This document shows, piece after piece, positions 49,361 through 58,527 of a stretch of DNA of 64,000 nucleotides. The notes below the pieces were generated by a model. The model saw only the letters and a program-made list of their open reading frames with translations. It was not told where the DNA came from and did not search any database. Origin of the DNA: an uncultured Bacteroidales bacterium (GTDB lineage: Bacteria; Bacteroidota; Bacteroidia; Bacteroidales; UBA10428). The translations under genes and the position numbers were made by a program. Each line of letters begins with the position of its first letter. Positions within the stretch are counted from its first letter, which is position 1. The DNA lies in the NCBI GenBank assembly GCA_964521285.1, contig CAZFQS010000001.1:62438-126437 (forward strand). The letters run 5' to 3'.

Positions 49361-51991
49361 TTAAGTTTTATTATTAAGATATAATACTCCTTCCTGCTCC
49401 ATAGAATTTAAAATTAAACGTAAACTAAATTCATTTTTCATATCTTCAGTATCTATAACCTTAACAGTATCAGCCCATAATTTTGCATTTGGCAACAATT
49501 CCAGTAATCGGTTATATGAGCTGTCAAAGAAATTATTATTCAAAACATAGCCTTCATTATCAGGATAAATAGCAAAATAAACCATATCCATCTCTACCAG
49601 ATCATTAAAGAAATGCGTTCCTAACGACACATCAGGAATTAATCCCTCATGCATATAGGCTATTTCACCCAAAACTGAAACAGTGTTTATTTCAGAAAAT
49701 GAAACCGGGACACCCAGTGATGGTGTGGTAGTACCCCACCTGCCCGGGCCAATTAAGGTTATATTTTTTTTATTTTCCTTTGTTTTGTCATTTAAATGTG
49801 TTAGTTCTCCTATCAGCCTGGCAACTGAGTATCTGTGACTCATACTGAGCTTTCCGTACACTGAAGGAATAACATAAATTATTCTGTCTATTTTTGTGGA
49901 TATGCTGTTTCCAACAATCGGACCTTTTGTTTTAATTATAATATTCCTGCTGTCTATATCTTCAGGTATTTTAAGGCTTCGTAAATCACCTGTAACCTGA
50001 AATGGCCTGCACTGGACGAGATTAATTTTATAGCTGTAATCATCCTGAAAGTTTACTGTAAATTCAATATCCACATGGTAGTTATAAGCTTTTCTCAGGG
50101 TTTCCAGCATATCCCTTATACTATTTACAAACTTTGTATCAGATAAAAGCCTGTTAAAAGTAAGTACATGAGAAAATATGTTCTGCATATTCCTTTCTCT
50201 TGCTATTTGTTCCAGCTCTTCATCACGGGATGTGAATAATTCCAGAGGCAGATCTGACATAACCTTTGCCAGATCCATGAAATAGTTGGATACCAATTGA
50301 TTAGAAGACAAATCAAGAATATCTACACGCTTCTGGGTATACTTTTTTACTTCATCGAAGTTTGCTTCGGGTCTCTTCAAAGGCGCATTAAGGGCCACAA
50401 TGCGAATATAATCATCATCATATCTGTTAACAGCCCTGGTCCCCAGTCCGAAAACCATGCGTATCATTCCGGCTCTGGGATCAATATCTTTATCCCATAC
50501 ATAAGGATTAAATGAAAAACCCACTCCTGCAATATGAGGAAAATAAAAATCATCATATTTAGCACCCGAAACCCTTTGAACCAGAATGGCCATTTGTTCG
50601 TCCTGATCTAAAAGATTAAGGTGAGAACGGTAAGCCAGAGCCTCTCTTTTCATAGTACTTGCATAAACAATGCGCACTGCAGACATAAACCGGTCAAGTC
50701 TTTCTTCCGGAGTACCCTGATTTGCGCAGAAAATGCTTTCATACTTTCCTGAAAACGAATTCCCGTAAGCATCTTCGAGAAGACTGCTCGAACGCACAAT
50801 AATGGGTGATTGCCCGAAATAATTAAGCATCTCGACAAACTGTTCTTTTATATCATCGGGGAAGGTGCCTGTTAGTATTACTTTACTTACTTCTTCGGCA
50901 TCATCAAATATTGAACCGCTGTTCTTCAACTTTCTCCTCATCCACCAGCAGCCATTCCTGATGAGATAAGTATAAAACACATCTGAACCAATAAAGAATG
51001 AGTCATGCTCTTCAAGAACCTCCTGCCATCTTTTATCCGCTTTCCTCAATATAGCCCTTGCTACAAGCATCCCAACCGATTTACCACCTATAAGTCCGGT
51101 TCCTATCATTCTTTTACCTATATCAATAAGATCCGAAAGCTCCAAATATTCTTTTGCCAGCTTAAGAATTCTTGGATCCCTGGTAACAGCCATTTTAAGA
51201 AGACGAGTAACCAGTTCATCTGTCTTTTTGTCATTCAGGCTACCTTTTTTTGTACTATATATTTCCTGGGCTTCAAAAAAGCTTCGTCTCCAGATATCAA
51301 GTCTGTGTACAGTATAATCAAGCCATGGCTGAGGTATAGATTTCAGTATCTCTGATATTACAGCACTTTTTGTCACAGGTTTAAATTCTTCTCCTTCCCG
51401 GCTATGCAGCATATACATGGTTGGCGAATAACGTTTATATACTTTCAATGGATGGATATAGAGTTTCTCTTTATTCCTGTATACATCGAAAACAATCTGG
51501 GCCGTGTTATGAATTGCATTTATTGTCATTGGCATATGAACATTCCTGAGAATACCGAAATATGCAACTGTTTTATAATCATAAAGATAGGGACATGTTA
51601 GCATAAAAAAGTTAGCCATCATACGATCACTATACCAATCTACCACAAGATCAGACAAACAGTCAAAAATATAGTATGTACCATAACCATATTCTTCTAT
51701 TATATCAAATATTGTTGAAATTAGTGCTTCGAATCCTTCATCAGGATTTAATGTATACATTTTAGCAACATTATCTTCAGGTAACAAAGCCTGGTGTTCT
51801 GCAAATCTGAAATAAATAATCGGTATTTTGTTTTTAACTGCTTCATTATAAAACGGATTAATGAAAGGTATGTACTCTTCTATAGAATCAACCTGCCATA
51901 TAATATTATCGCCCGGAACAACGCCCTGAATGACTTTATCCAAACCGTTCATCCCGGTACTCATATAGGTATATACTTTGTCAATACTCAT
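49361..51991 (-). CDS. Uncharacterised PEP/pyruvate-binding (PPDK_N ATP-grasp) domain protein with a degenerate KaiC/RecA-like N-terminal domain
   Basis: N-terminal STGMNGLDKVIQG without Walker A. ATP-grasp motifs IGGKS, VRSSSLLED, FSGKYES, MAILVQ, GLGTRAV, DIEF, VQCRP. No GGxTSHAA phospho-His domain or pyruvate-binding barrel. C-terminal GPGRWG and SLGTHFF. Confidence 0.75.
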   Translation of the reverse strand: MSIDKVYTYMSTGMNGLDKVIQGVVPGDNIIWQVDSIEEYIPFINPFYNEAVKNKIPIIYFRFAEHQALLPEDNVAKMYTLNPDEGFEALISTIFDIIEEYGYGTYYIFDCLSDLVVDWYSDRMMANFFMLTCPYLYDYKTVAYFGILRNVHMPMTINAIHNTAQIVFDVYRNKEKLYIHPLKVYKRYSPTMYMLHSREGEEFKPVTKSAVISEILKSIPQPWLDYTVHRLDIWRRSFFEAQEIYSTKKGSLNDKKTDELVTRLLKMAVTRDPRILKLAKEYLELSDLIDIGKRMIGTGLIGGKSVGMLVARAILRKADKRWQEVLEEHDSFFIGSDVFYTYLIRNGCWWMRRKLKNSGSIFDDAEEVSKVILTGTFPDDIKEQFVEMLNYFGQSPIIVRSSSLLEDAYGNSFSGKYESIFCANQGTPEERLDRFMSAVRIVYASTMKREALAYRSHLNLLDQDEQMAILVQRVSGAKYDDFYFPHIAGVGFSFNPYVWDKDIDPRAGMIRMVFGLGTRAVNRYDDDYIRIVALNAPLKRPEANFDEVKKYTQKRVDILDLSSNQLVSNYFMDLAKVMSDLPLELFTSRDEELEQIARERNMQNIFSHVLTFNRLLSDTKFVNSIRDMLETLRKAYNYHVDIEFTVNFQDDYSYKINLVQCRPFQVTGDLRSLKIPEDIDSRNIIIKTKGPIVGNSISTKIDRIIYVIPSVYGKLSMSHRYSVARLIGELTHLNDKTKENKKNITLIGPGRWGTTTPSLGVPVSFSEINTVSVLGEIAYMHEGLIPDVSLGTHFFNDLVEMDMVYFAIYPDNEGYVLNNNFFDSSYNRLLELLPNAKLWADTVKVIDTEDMKNEFSLRLILNSMEQEGVLYLNNKT

Positions 51992-52110
51992 CCTTAAATA
52001 CCATTAAATAAGCCAGTAAACCCAGACAATTACTATTTAATTAAAAAAATTCGCAAGCAATAAAAATTATTTAAGCATGCCTTAAAAATCTCAGAATTGC
52101 ATTTATGAAG

Positions 52111-52126
52111 GCAATTATTATACCAA
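52111..52126 (-). promoter_or_regulatory. Sigma54 (-24/-12) promoter for the PPDK_N-gltB-gltD operon
   Basis: The minus strand reads TTGGTATAATAATTGC: exact GG-N10-GC spacing with TGGYAY and TTGC. It lies about 120 nt upstream of the ATG at 51991, divergent from a sigma54 activator gene. Confidence 0.75.
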
Positions 52127-52257
52127 ATATTTTAGTTTTTTTAATTGAGAAGTTTCCAATGTGTAACTTATTGGCTTTATGGCTATAATTCAGAGAGTTA
52201 GACATACAACAAATATTTAGCAGATATTACGGATTTATTTTATAATTACTTAAAAAA

Positions 52258-52312
52258 GCACTATATTTGTGCAATAATCATATTTATATCTTTTATTGCA
52301 CATATTTTAGTC
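52258..52312. promoter_or_regulatory. NtrC-type upstream activator sites: perfect GCAC-TATATTT-GTGC (52258-52272) and degenerate GCAC-ATATTTT-AGTC (52298-52312)
   Basis: GCAC-N7-GTGC palindrome about 135 bp upstream of the -24 element, with a second half-match 40 bp further. Confidence 0.65.
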
Positions 52313-52334
52313 AAAATTACTAAAATAATTAATT

Positions 52335-54407
52335 ATGGAACCTAAAAATAGCAACAGGAGGAAAAATACATATAAATTACAAATCCTTGAAGACATCCTT
52401 GATATAATTAATTCAGCCATTTCTCCCAGCGAGCTTTTAAATTATCTTATTGATAAATGTATTGAAATAACAGGAGCACTTACAGGAAGTATAAGGATAA
52501 TAAATCCTGAAACAAACATTCTGGAGATCAAAGTATTCAGGGGACTTAATCCAAGTAAAATTTTGAAAATTAAGTTAAAACTGGGAGAAGGTGTTACCGG
52601 ACGTGTCGCAGAAACAGGATTACCTCTTCTGGTCAATAATGTAGATGATATTGAGTATTATATCAGGGTGAGAAAAGACTTAAAATCAGAACTTGCAGTC
52701 CCGCTTAAAGCTGAAAATACAACATTTGGTGTAATAAGTGTCGATAGTAATAAACTGAATGCCTTTACTAAAGAGCATCAAAATTTGCTGGAAACAATAT
52801 CAACTTTTGCTGTACAGATTTTACAGAAAGCAAACTTAATAGAAAATCTGAAAGACAGGATCGAAAGGCAAAATCTGCTTTTAAAGGTTGCTGATATACT
52901 GGCTCAGGAATTCGAACTCGAAAAGGTTTTTGAAAAAATAATGGATTATATCTCAAAAGTAATGGACATAAAAAGAGGGTCTATTATTCTTCTTGACAAA
53001 CATGAAAAACTTAAAGCCTTTAAAGGATACAACTTAAGTGACGATGCAATAGAAAGGGGAGTCTATCAGGTGGGTGAAGGAGTGGTTGGCAAGGTTTTTA
53101 AATATGGCAATGGTATAAAAATAAAAGATATAACAAAAAGTATTGATTTTCTGAATAGAATGAAAATCAGGCGGGGAACAGGAGAAAAGAATTCATTTTT
53201 TGCAGTACCGATCAAATACGAAGATAAAACTGTAGGCGTATTAAATATTGAAAAGGAATATATCTCAGATGAAGATTTTAAAAGTACCTTCGAGACAATA
53301 ACTTTAATTGCAACTCTGGTTTCCAACAAGGTTTATAATTATGTCATCTCAAAAAGAGAAAAGGAATTACTGCTAAAGAAAAATATAGAATTGCAGAAAA
53401 AACTAAAGCAAAAAGAAATTAATCCTGATTTTGTAGGAAAAAATAAAAGAATATTAAAATTACTTGATACAGTTAATGTGATTGCAGGTACTGACGCCAC
53501 AGTACTAATAACCGGACCAACAGGAGCAGGTAAAGAAATAATAGCAAAATTAATTCACAATAAAAGCAGAAGATTTGAAAATCAATTTGTTAGTATTAAT
53601 TGTGCTGCTATACCGGAAAATCTTCTTGAATCAGAATTATTCGGATATAAAAAGGGAGCATTTACAGACGCAGTTAATGACAAAAAGGGGAAATTTCTTC
53701 TGGCAAATAACGGAACAATCTTTTTTGATGAAATCGGAGACCTTGATTTGAACTTGCAGGCAAAAATCCTTAGAGTCATTCAGGAGAAAACAATAGAACC
53801 ATTAGGCAGTGAAAAAAGCATAAAAGTTGATGTCAGAATAATTGCAGCTACCAATAAGAACTTAAAAACACTTACAATGGAAAACAAGTTCAGGGAGGAC
53901 CTTTTTTACAGATTAAATGTTATAAATATCGATATTCCTCCTCTTGCTGAAAGGAAAGATGATATTCCTCTTCTTCTTGAACACTTTATTAATATTTATA
54001 ATAAGAAATATAACAGGGATATTGAAGGAATTACATCCGGGTGTTACCACGCACTTATGAATTATCGCTGGCCAGGCAATATAAGAGAGCTTGAAAACAT
54101 CATTGAAAGAGCTGTTATACTTTCAAACGGCAGGTCCATCGATATTGGTGATCTGCCGGAAGATCTTACAAATTATGTTGTAAGTGATGACAAGGATTTA
54201 CTGAAACAACTAATCGAAGAAGAAATTAAAATTCAGGATAAAGGGGAAATATATAAAACAGTAATAAATAAAATTGAGAAATTCTTAATAGAATTTGCGC
54301 TGATAAAATCTAATAATAACCGGACTGAAGCAGCTGATTATTTAGGAATTCACAGAAATACGCTACATTTGAAATTAAAAAACTCACATAATATAACCAT
54401 TGATTAG
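52335..54407 (+). CDS. Sigma54-dependent enhancer-binding protein, GAF-GAF-AAA+-HTH (NifA-like architecture, NtrC/Fis-like HTH)
   Basis: Two GAF repeats (LGEGVTGRVAETG..SELAVPL; VGEGVVGKV..FFAVPI), Walker A GPTGAGKE, ESELFG, GAFTDA, FFDEIGD, FREDLFYRLNV, WPGNIREL, HTH LGIHRNTL. No receiver domain. Confidence 0.93.
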   Translation: MEPKNSNRRKNTYKLQILEDILDIINSAISPSELLNYLIDKCIEITGALTGSIRIINPETNILEIKVFRGLNPSKILKIKLKLGEGVTGRVAETGLPLLVNNVDDIEYYIRVRKDLKSELAVPLKAENTTFGVISVDSNKLNAFTKEHQNLLETISTFAVQILQKANLIENLKDRIERQNLLLKVADILAQEFELEKVFEKIMDYISKVMDIKRGSIILLDKHEKLKAFKGYNLSDDAIERGVYQVGEGVVGKVFKYGNGIKIKDITKSIDFLNRMKIRRGTGEKNSFFAVPIKYEDKTVGVLNIEKEYISDEDFKSTFETITLIATLVSNKVYNYVISKREKELLLKKNIELQKKLKQKEINPDFVGKNKRILKLLDTVNVIAGTDATVLITGPTGAGKEIIAKLIHNKSRRFENQFVSINCAAIPENLLESELFGYKKGAFTDAVNDKKGKFLLANNGTIFFDEIGDLDLNLQAKILRVIQEKTIEPLGSEKSIKVDVRIIAATNKNLKTLTMENKFREDLFYRLNVINIDIPPLAERKDDIPLLLEHFINIYNKKYNRDIEGITSGCYHALMNYRWPGNIRELENIIERAVILSNGRSIDIGDLPEDLTNYVVSDDKDLLKQLIEEEIKIQDKGEIYKTVINKIEKFLIEFALIKSNNNRTEAADYLGIHRNTLHLKLKNSHNITID

Positions 54408-54439
54408 TATTTTTATAGTTATATACAAAATCTATTAAA

Positions 54440-57079
54440 ATGAAAAAAATTCTGCTTTTAACAATTAGTTGCTGCTTTATAATCTATAATATCTTTTCTC
54501 AACAGGATAATGAGATTATAACTCCCGAAGAATTTTTTGGATTCAGACCCGGTGAAGAAGGTATGTTATTTAAATACGAATCTTTAATAAATTATCTGGA
54601 TAAACTTGCCAAAGTATCCCCAAGAGTAAAAATGACAGAAATAGGAGAATCTCCTTTAGGAAAAAAGATGTATATAGTCTTTTTGTCATCAGAAGAGAAT
54701 ATAAAAAATCTTGAAAATCTTAAAATATTAAACAGGGAACTGGCTCTTAATTATAATATCGAGCCAGAAGAAAAAGAAAAATATGTTCGGGAAGGAAAAG
54801 TGTTTGTACTGGTTACCCTTTCAATGCATTCCAATGAAGTCGGGCCTACTCAATCAGCCCCTTTAATCGCTCATCAGCTGGCTGTAACAGATGATCCTGA
54901 ACTTCTTGGTTATCTTGACCAGGTAGTATTGATGGTAGTACCCTGTCATAATCCTGATGGTATGGATATGGTTGTGGACCATTATAAAAAATATAAGGGC
55001 ACAATATACGAAGGAACCAGATTGCCGGGTTTATATCATAAATATGTAGGTCATGATAATAACAGAGATTTTGTTAGCCTAACGCAGGAAGATACAAAAG
55101 TAATTGCCAATATTTACAACAAATCATGGTTCCCTCAGGTATTATTAGAAAAACACCAGATGCACATCGATGGAACAAGATATTTTGTGCCCCCGGTTAA
55201 TGATCCTATTTCAGAAAATATTAATGAACAATTATGGAACTGGACATGGATTTTTGGTTCTGCCATGGCGAAAGATATGACCGAAAAAGGCCTTGAAGGG
55301 GTATCTCAACACTACCTGTTTGATGATTACTGGCCGGGATCAACAGAAACAGCCTTATGGAAGAACGTAATAGGGCTTCTTACTGAATGTGCGAGTGCAA
55401 AATATGCAACTTCGGTATATATCGAGCCAAATGAATTAAAAGTATTCAGTAAGGGTCTTGCAGAGCATAAAAAAAGTATAAATATGCCTTTACCATGGGA
55501 AGGCGGATGGTGGAAACTTAGCGATATAGTTGAATATGAAATGGTTTCTTTTTATTCACTGATAAAAACTTCTGCAATTCATAAAAAGGAAATTTTAAAG
55601 TTAAGAAATGATATCTGTCAGATTGAAGTTAAAAAGGGAAAAACCGAACCACCTTATTATTATTTGTTTCCTTCTGACCAGCATGATCCGGGAGAGATAG
55701 TTAAGCTTATTAATCTGCTGGACGAGCACGGTATTGATGTATATAAAGTATCAGATTCATTTACCCTTGATAACAAACAGATAAATGAGAATGATTACAT
55801 AGTGCCTTTAGCCCAGCCGTTCAGGTCATTTTTAATTGAAGTATTAGAAAAACAAACCTTTCCGGTCAGACATTATACTCCTGGTGGTGAAATTATGAAA
55901 CCATATGACATAACAAGCTGGTCATTGCCATTACACATGGGTGTCAAGGTTATTAAAATAAATACTTATTCCGAAAACTTAGATAAATCTCTTGTTAAGC
56001 AGGAACTTCCCTTGAAAAGTAATATTTCATTCCCTGAAAAATATAGTGCTGTAATATTCCCGTCACAATTTAATGATAGTTACCGGGCTGTCTTCGAAGC
56101 AATAAACCAGCAGATTAAGGTAGAAAGAGTACATGACAGTTTTGAAATTAACGGTAATAAAGTATGGGCCGGCAGTTTTGTAATATATATTGATAAAAAC
56201 AATCAGCAAAAGCTCGAAAAAATTATTAATGGAATAAATATATCTCCTTTATTTTTAACAGAGTCAATAAACATTAAATCCGAAAAAATAAATATACCGA
56301 GGATCGGACTGGTTGAATCTTACTTTCACGATATGGACGCAGGCTGGACAAGATATTTATTCGACAGTTATTCTATCAATTTTAAAGTATTAAGGCCAGC
56401 TGATATTGCTAACAAGGACTTAACAAAAGAATTTGATGTAATAGTCTTTCCTGATATGGATAATAATGTGTTAACAGAAGGTAAATATAAGTCCGATGAT
56501 GACAGCTATATTATTCCTGTGTATCCCCCTGAATATGCAAAAGGTATGGGTAAGGAAGGGATGGAAAAGGTACTTGATTTTATTAATAAGGGCGGTTCCG
56601 TAATCTCATGGGGAAGGTCAGCGAAATTATTTATGGGGCCTCTGGCAATTACAAAACAAAATGATGAAAAAGAAGAATTTCAGCTGCCTGTTAATGATAT
56701 TTCTGAAGAGCTTAAAAAACAAAAATTTTATTGTCCGGGTTCATTACTAAAGACAGAGCTAATAGAAAACCATCCATTAACCTGGGGAATGCCCAAATCT
56801 GCAGGTGTTTTTTCACGAGGGACACCAGTACTAACTACTTCAATTCCCTGGTTTGATATGGACAGGAGGGTAATTGCCACCTTACCTGAAAAAAACATAC
56901 TTTTAAGCGGGTATATTGAAAATGAAGATTTAATCAGCAATAAATCAATGATGGTATGGATAAAGAAAGGTAAAGGACAGCTGGTATTGTACGGATTTTA
57001 TCCCCAGTTCAGAGCTTCAACAGCAGGTACATATAAACTGTTGTTTAATGCGCTGCTTTTGCCGGAGATTAAACAATAA
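54440..57079 (+). CDS. Exported M14 zinc carboxypeptidase-family protein with a C-terminal class-I GATase/DJ-1-like domain
   Basis: Signal peptide, HSNE (HxxE), HNPDG, GHDNNRD, EKHQM. C-terminal MDAGWTRYLFD..DVIVFP..GKGQLVLYGF.PQFRA. Confidence 0.8.
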   Translation: MKKILLLTISCCFIIYNIFSQQDNEIITPEEFFGFRPGEEGMLFKYESLINYLDKLAKVSPRVKMTEIGESPLGKKMYIVFLSSEENIKNLENLKILNRELALNYNIEPEEKEKYVREGKVFVLVTLSMHSNEVGPTQSAPLIAHQLAVTDDPELLGYLDQVVLMVVPCHNPDGMDMVVDHYKKYKGTIYEGTRLPGLYHKYVGHDNNRDFVSLTQEDTKVIANIYNKSWFPQVLLEKHQMHIDGTRYFVPPVNDPISENINEQLWNWTWIFGSAMAKDMTEKGLEGVSQHYLFDDYWPGSTETALWKNVIGLLTECASAKYATSVYIEPNELKVFSKGLAEHKKSINMPLPWEGGWWKLSDIVEYEMVSFYSLIKTSAIHKKEILKLRNDICQIEVKKGKTEPPYYYLFPSDQHDPGEIVKLINLLDEHGIDVYKVSDSFTLDNKQINENDYIVPLAQPFRSFLIEVLEKQTFPVRHYTPGGEIMKPYDITSWSLPLHMGVKVIKINTYSENLDKSLVKQELPLKSNISFPEKYSAVIFPSQFNDSYRAVFEAINQQIKVERVHDSFEINGNKVWAGSFVIYIDKNNQQKLEKIINGINISPLFLTESINIKSEKINIPRIGLVESYFHDMDAGWTRYLFDSYSINFKVLRPADIANKDLTKEFDVIVFPDMDNNVLTEGKYKSDDDSYIIPVYPPEYAKGMGKEGMEKVLDFINKGGSVISWGRSAKLFMGPLAITKQNDEKEEFQLPVNDISEELKKQKFYCPGSLLKTELIENHPLTWGMPKSAGVFSRGTPVLTTSIPWFDMDRRVIATLPEKNILLSGYIENEDLISNKSMMVWIKKGKGQLVLYGFYPQFRASTAGTYKLLFNALLLPEIKQ

Positions 57080-57088
57080 CCTTAAAGA

Positions 57089-57607
57089 TTAAAGAAACCT
57101 CACAATCTCATCCAATGGTTTCCTATCTTTACGGCCTTTCTTCTTGAATCCCTTTTGTGTATAACCTAATGGTGTAATAGCATATACCTTCTCATCCATT
57201 TTAAGAGATAATGCATCACTGAGTATTTCGGGATTGAATGCCGCTATCCAGCAGGTCCCCACCCCTTCGTTCTCAGCCGCTAAAATTATATGATCCATAG
57301 CTATTGTCAAATCTGCTTCCAGTGAATTATATCCGTCATGTTGTCTTACCCAGGCATCGGCTTTTCTCCCTGCAACTACTAATATATGAGGTGCATCTTT
57401 AAACCAGTCACGGTGATAACAGGTTCTCACCTTGTCAAGCATTTCTTCAGACGAGATAACCAAAAAATGCCAGGGTTGTTTGTTTGCTGCAGATGGAGCT
57501 AATCTGCCAGCATTAAGAATCCTGTTAAGCTTATCTTTTTCAACCGGTCTTGTCCGATCATAATTCCTTATGCTCTCCCGATTTTTAATTAAATCATAAA
57601 AGTCCAT
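57089..57607 (-). CDS. Nitroreductase-family protein
   Basis: RESIRNY, AGRLAPSAANKQPWHF, GVGTCWIAAF, TPLGY, RKPLDEIV. Confidence 0.93.
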   Translation of the reverse strand: MDFYDLIKNRESIRNYDRTRPVEKDKLNRILNAGRLAPSAANKQPWHFLVISSEEMLDKVRTCYHRDWFKDAPHILVVAGRKADAWVRQHDGYNSLEADLTIAMDHIILAAENEGVGTCWIAAFNPEILSDALSLKMDEKVYAITPLGYTQKGFKKKGRKDRKPLDEIVRFL

Positions 57608-57776
57608 CTTATTATTGTTTTTAGGGTTAAAGGAGTAATATTTAAGTCTGCTATTTTATATAACTGATAAATTTATTCAAATTTAAGCCTAAAATGGATG
57701 TTAAGACCAGTATTTTGAAGATTTGTTTGTCTGGTAAGTGGAATTTAAAATCAGGTTATCATGTATTAGCTTTTAG

Positions 57777-57824
57777 CAATAAAACAATAGAGTAATAAAA
57801 CAATAGAGCAATTCAGCAATTATA
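57777..57824. repeat. Tandem octamer array 3 (5-6 units)
   Basis: CAATAAAA CAATAGAG TAATAAAA CAATAGAG CAATTCAG CAATTATA. Confidence 0.82.
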
Positions 57825-57843
57825 TTTTAAGGTAGGATATAAA

Positions 57844-58314
57844 TTAATATACAAGCTCATTTGTAACATTTCCTGCTTCATCATAAGTAATCCATTTCCC
57901 TGTTTTACAGTTGTTTGAAAATTGTCCGGTTTCTTTTAGTTTCCCATTTGAATGCCACAATTTATATGGGCCGTTATAAACATCATTATTAAAATATACT
58001 TCACAGTATTTATTCCCGTTAACGTCCCAAAATTCCCATTTACCGGCCATCTTACCACTTTCATAATTGCCCCTCCATTTTAAGCTTCCGTTTTCGAAAT
58101 AACTGCAGGATTTGCCATCCAGCATACCATCTGCAAACTCAAATTTTTCTTTTAACAGAAAGGTATCACTAAATAATACTTTGCAAATTCCGGAAAAAGG
58201 TTTTATATCATTATTTAAATACAGAAGATCCTGCTTAATATCCTCTTCGGTAATTATTATTTCCCTGGAACAAGCTATGAATACTAAACAAAATAATATA
58301 ACAAAGTATTTCAT
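57844..58314 (-). CDS. MORN-variant repeat lipoprotein (YwqK-like repeats)
   Basis: Lipobox-like FIAC; repeats YFENGSLK, FWDVNGNK, WHSNGKLK, TYDEAGN. Confidence 0.75.
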   Translation of the reverse strand: MKYFVILFCLVFIACSREIIITEEDIKQDLLYLNNDIKPFSGICKVLFSDTFLLKEKFEFADGMLDGKSCSYFENGSLKWRGNYESGKMAGKWEFWDVNGNKYCEVYFNNDVYNGPYKLWHSNGKLKETGQFSNNCKTGKWITYDEAGNVTNELVY

Positions 58315-58527
58315 CGTTTATTACGGTTGATTCAATTAGGTAATGTTTTCAACCATATAAACGCTAACTTTAAATACCAGGTTAATTATTATTGATAAAT
58401 TTGAATTTTTTGATTACCAGTGTTTAATAAATACAGATAAATGGCTGAACAAAATTATTGCAAAAACATTAAAATACAGCGCTATAGTATGACTATATTT
58501 ATATAGAAGAGGTTTCAAAATACATTA

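Noticed and set aside
53650-53680. GAFTDA instead of GAFTGA as a sign of an inactive sigma54 activator
   Set aside because: GAFTDA is a common natural variant, all other AAA+ motifs are intact, and a -24/-12 element is present.
57844-58314. MORN-variant protein as a YwqK antitoxin of a toxin-antitoxin system
   Set aside because: It has a lipoprotein signal and no adjacent toxin gene; these repeats are widespread in Bacteroidota.
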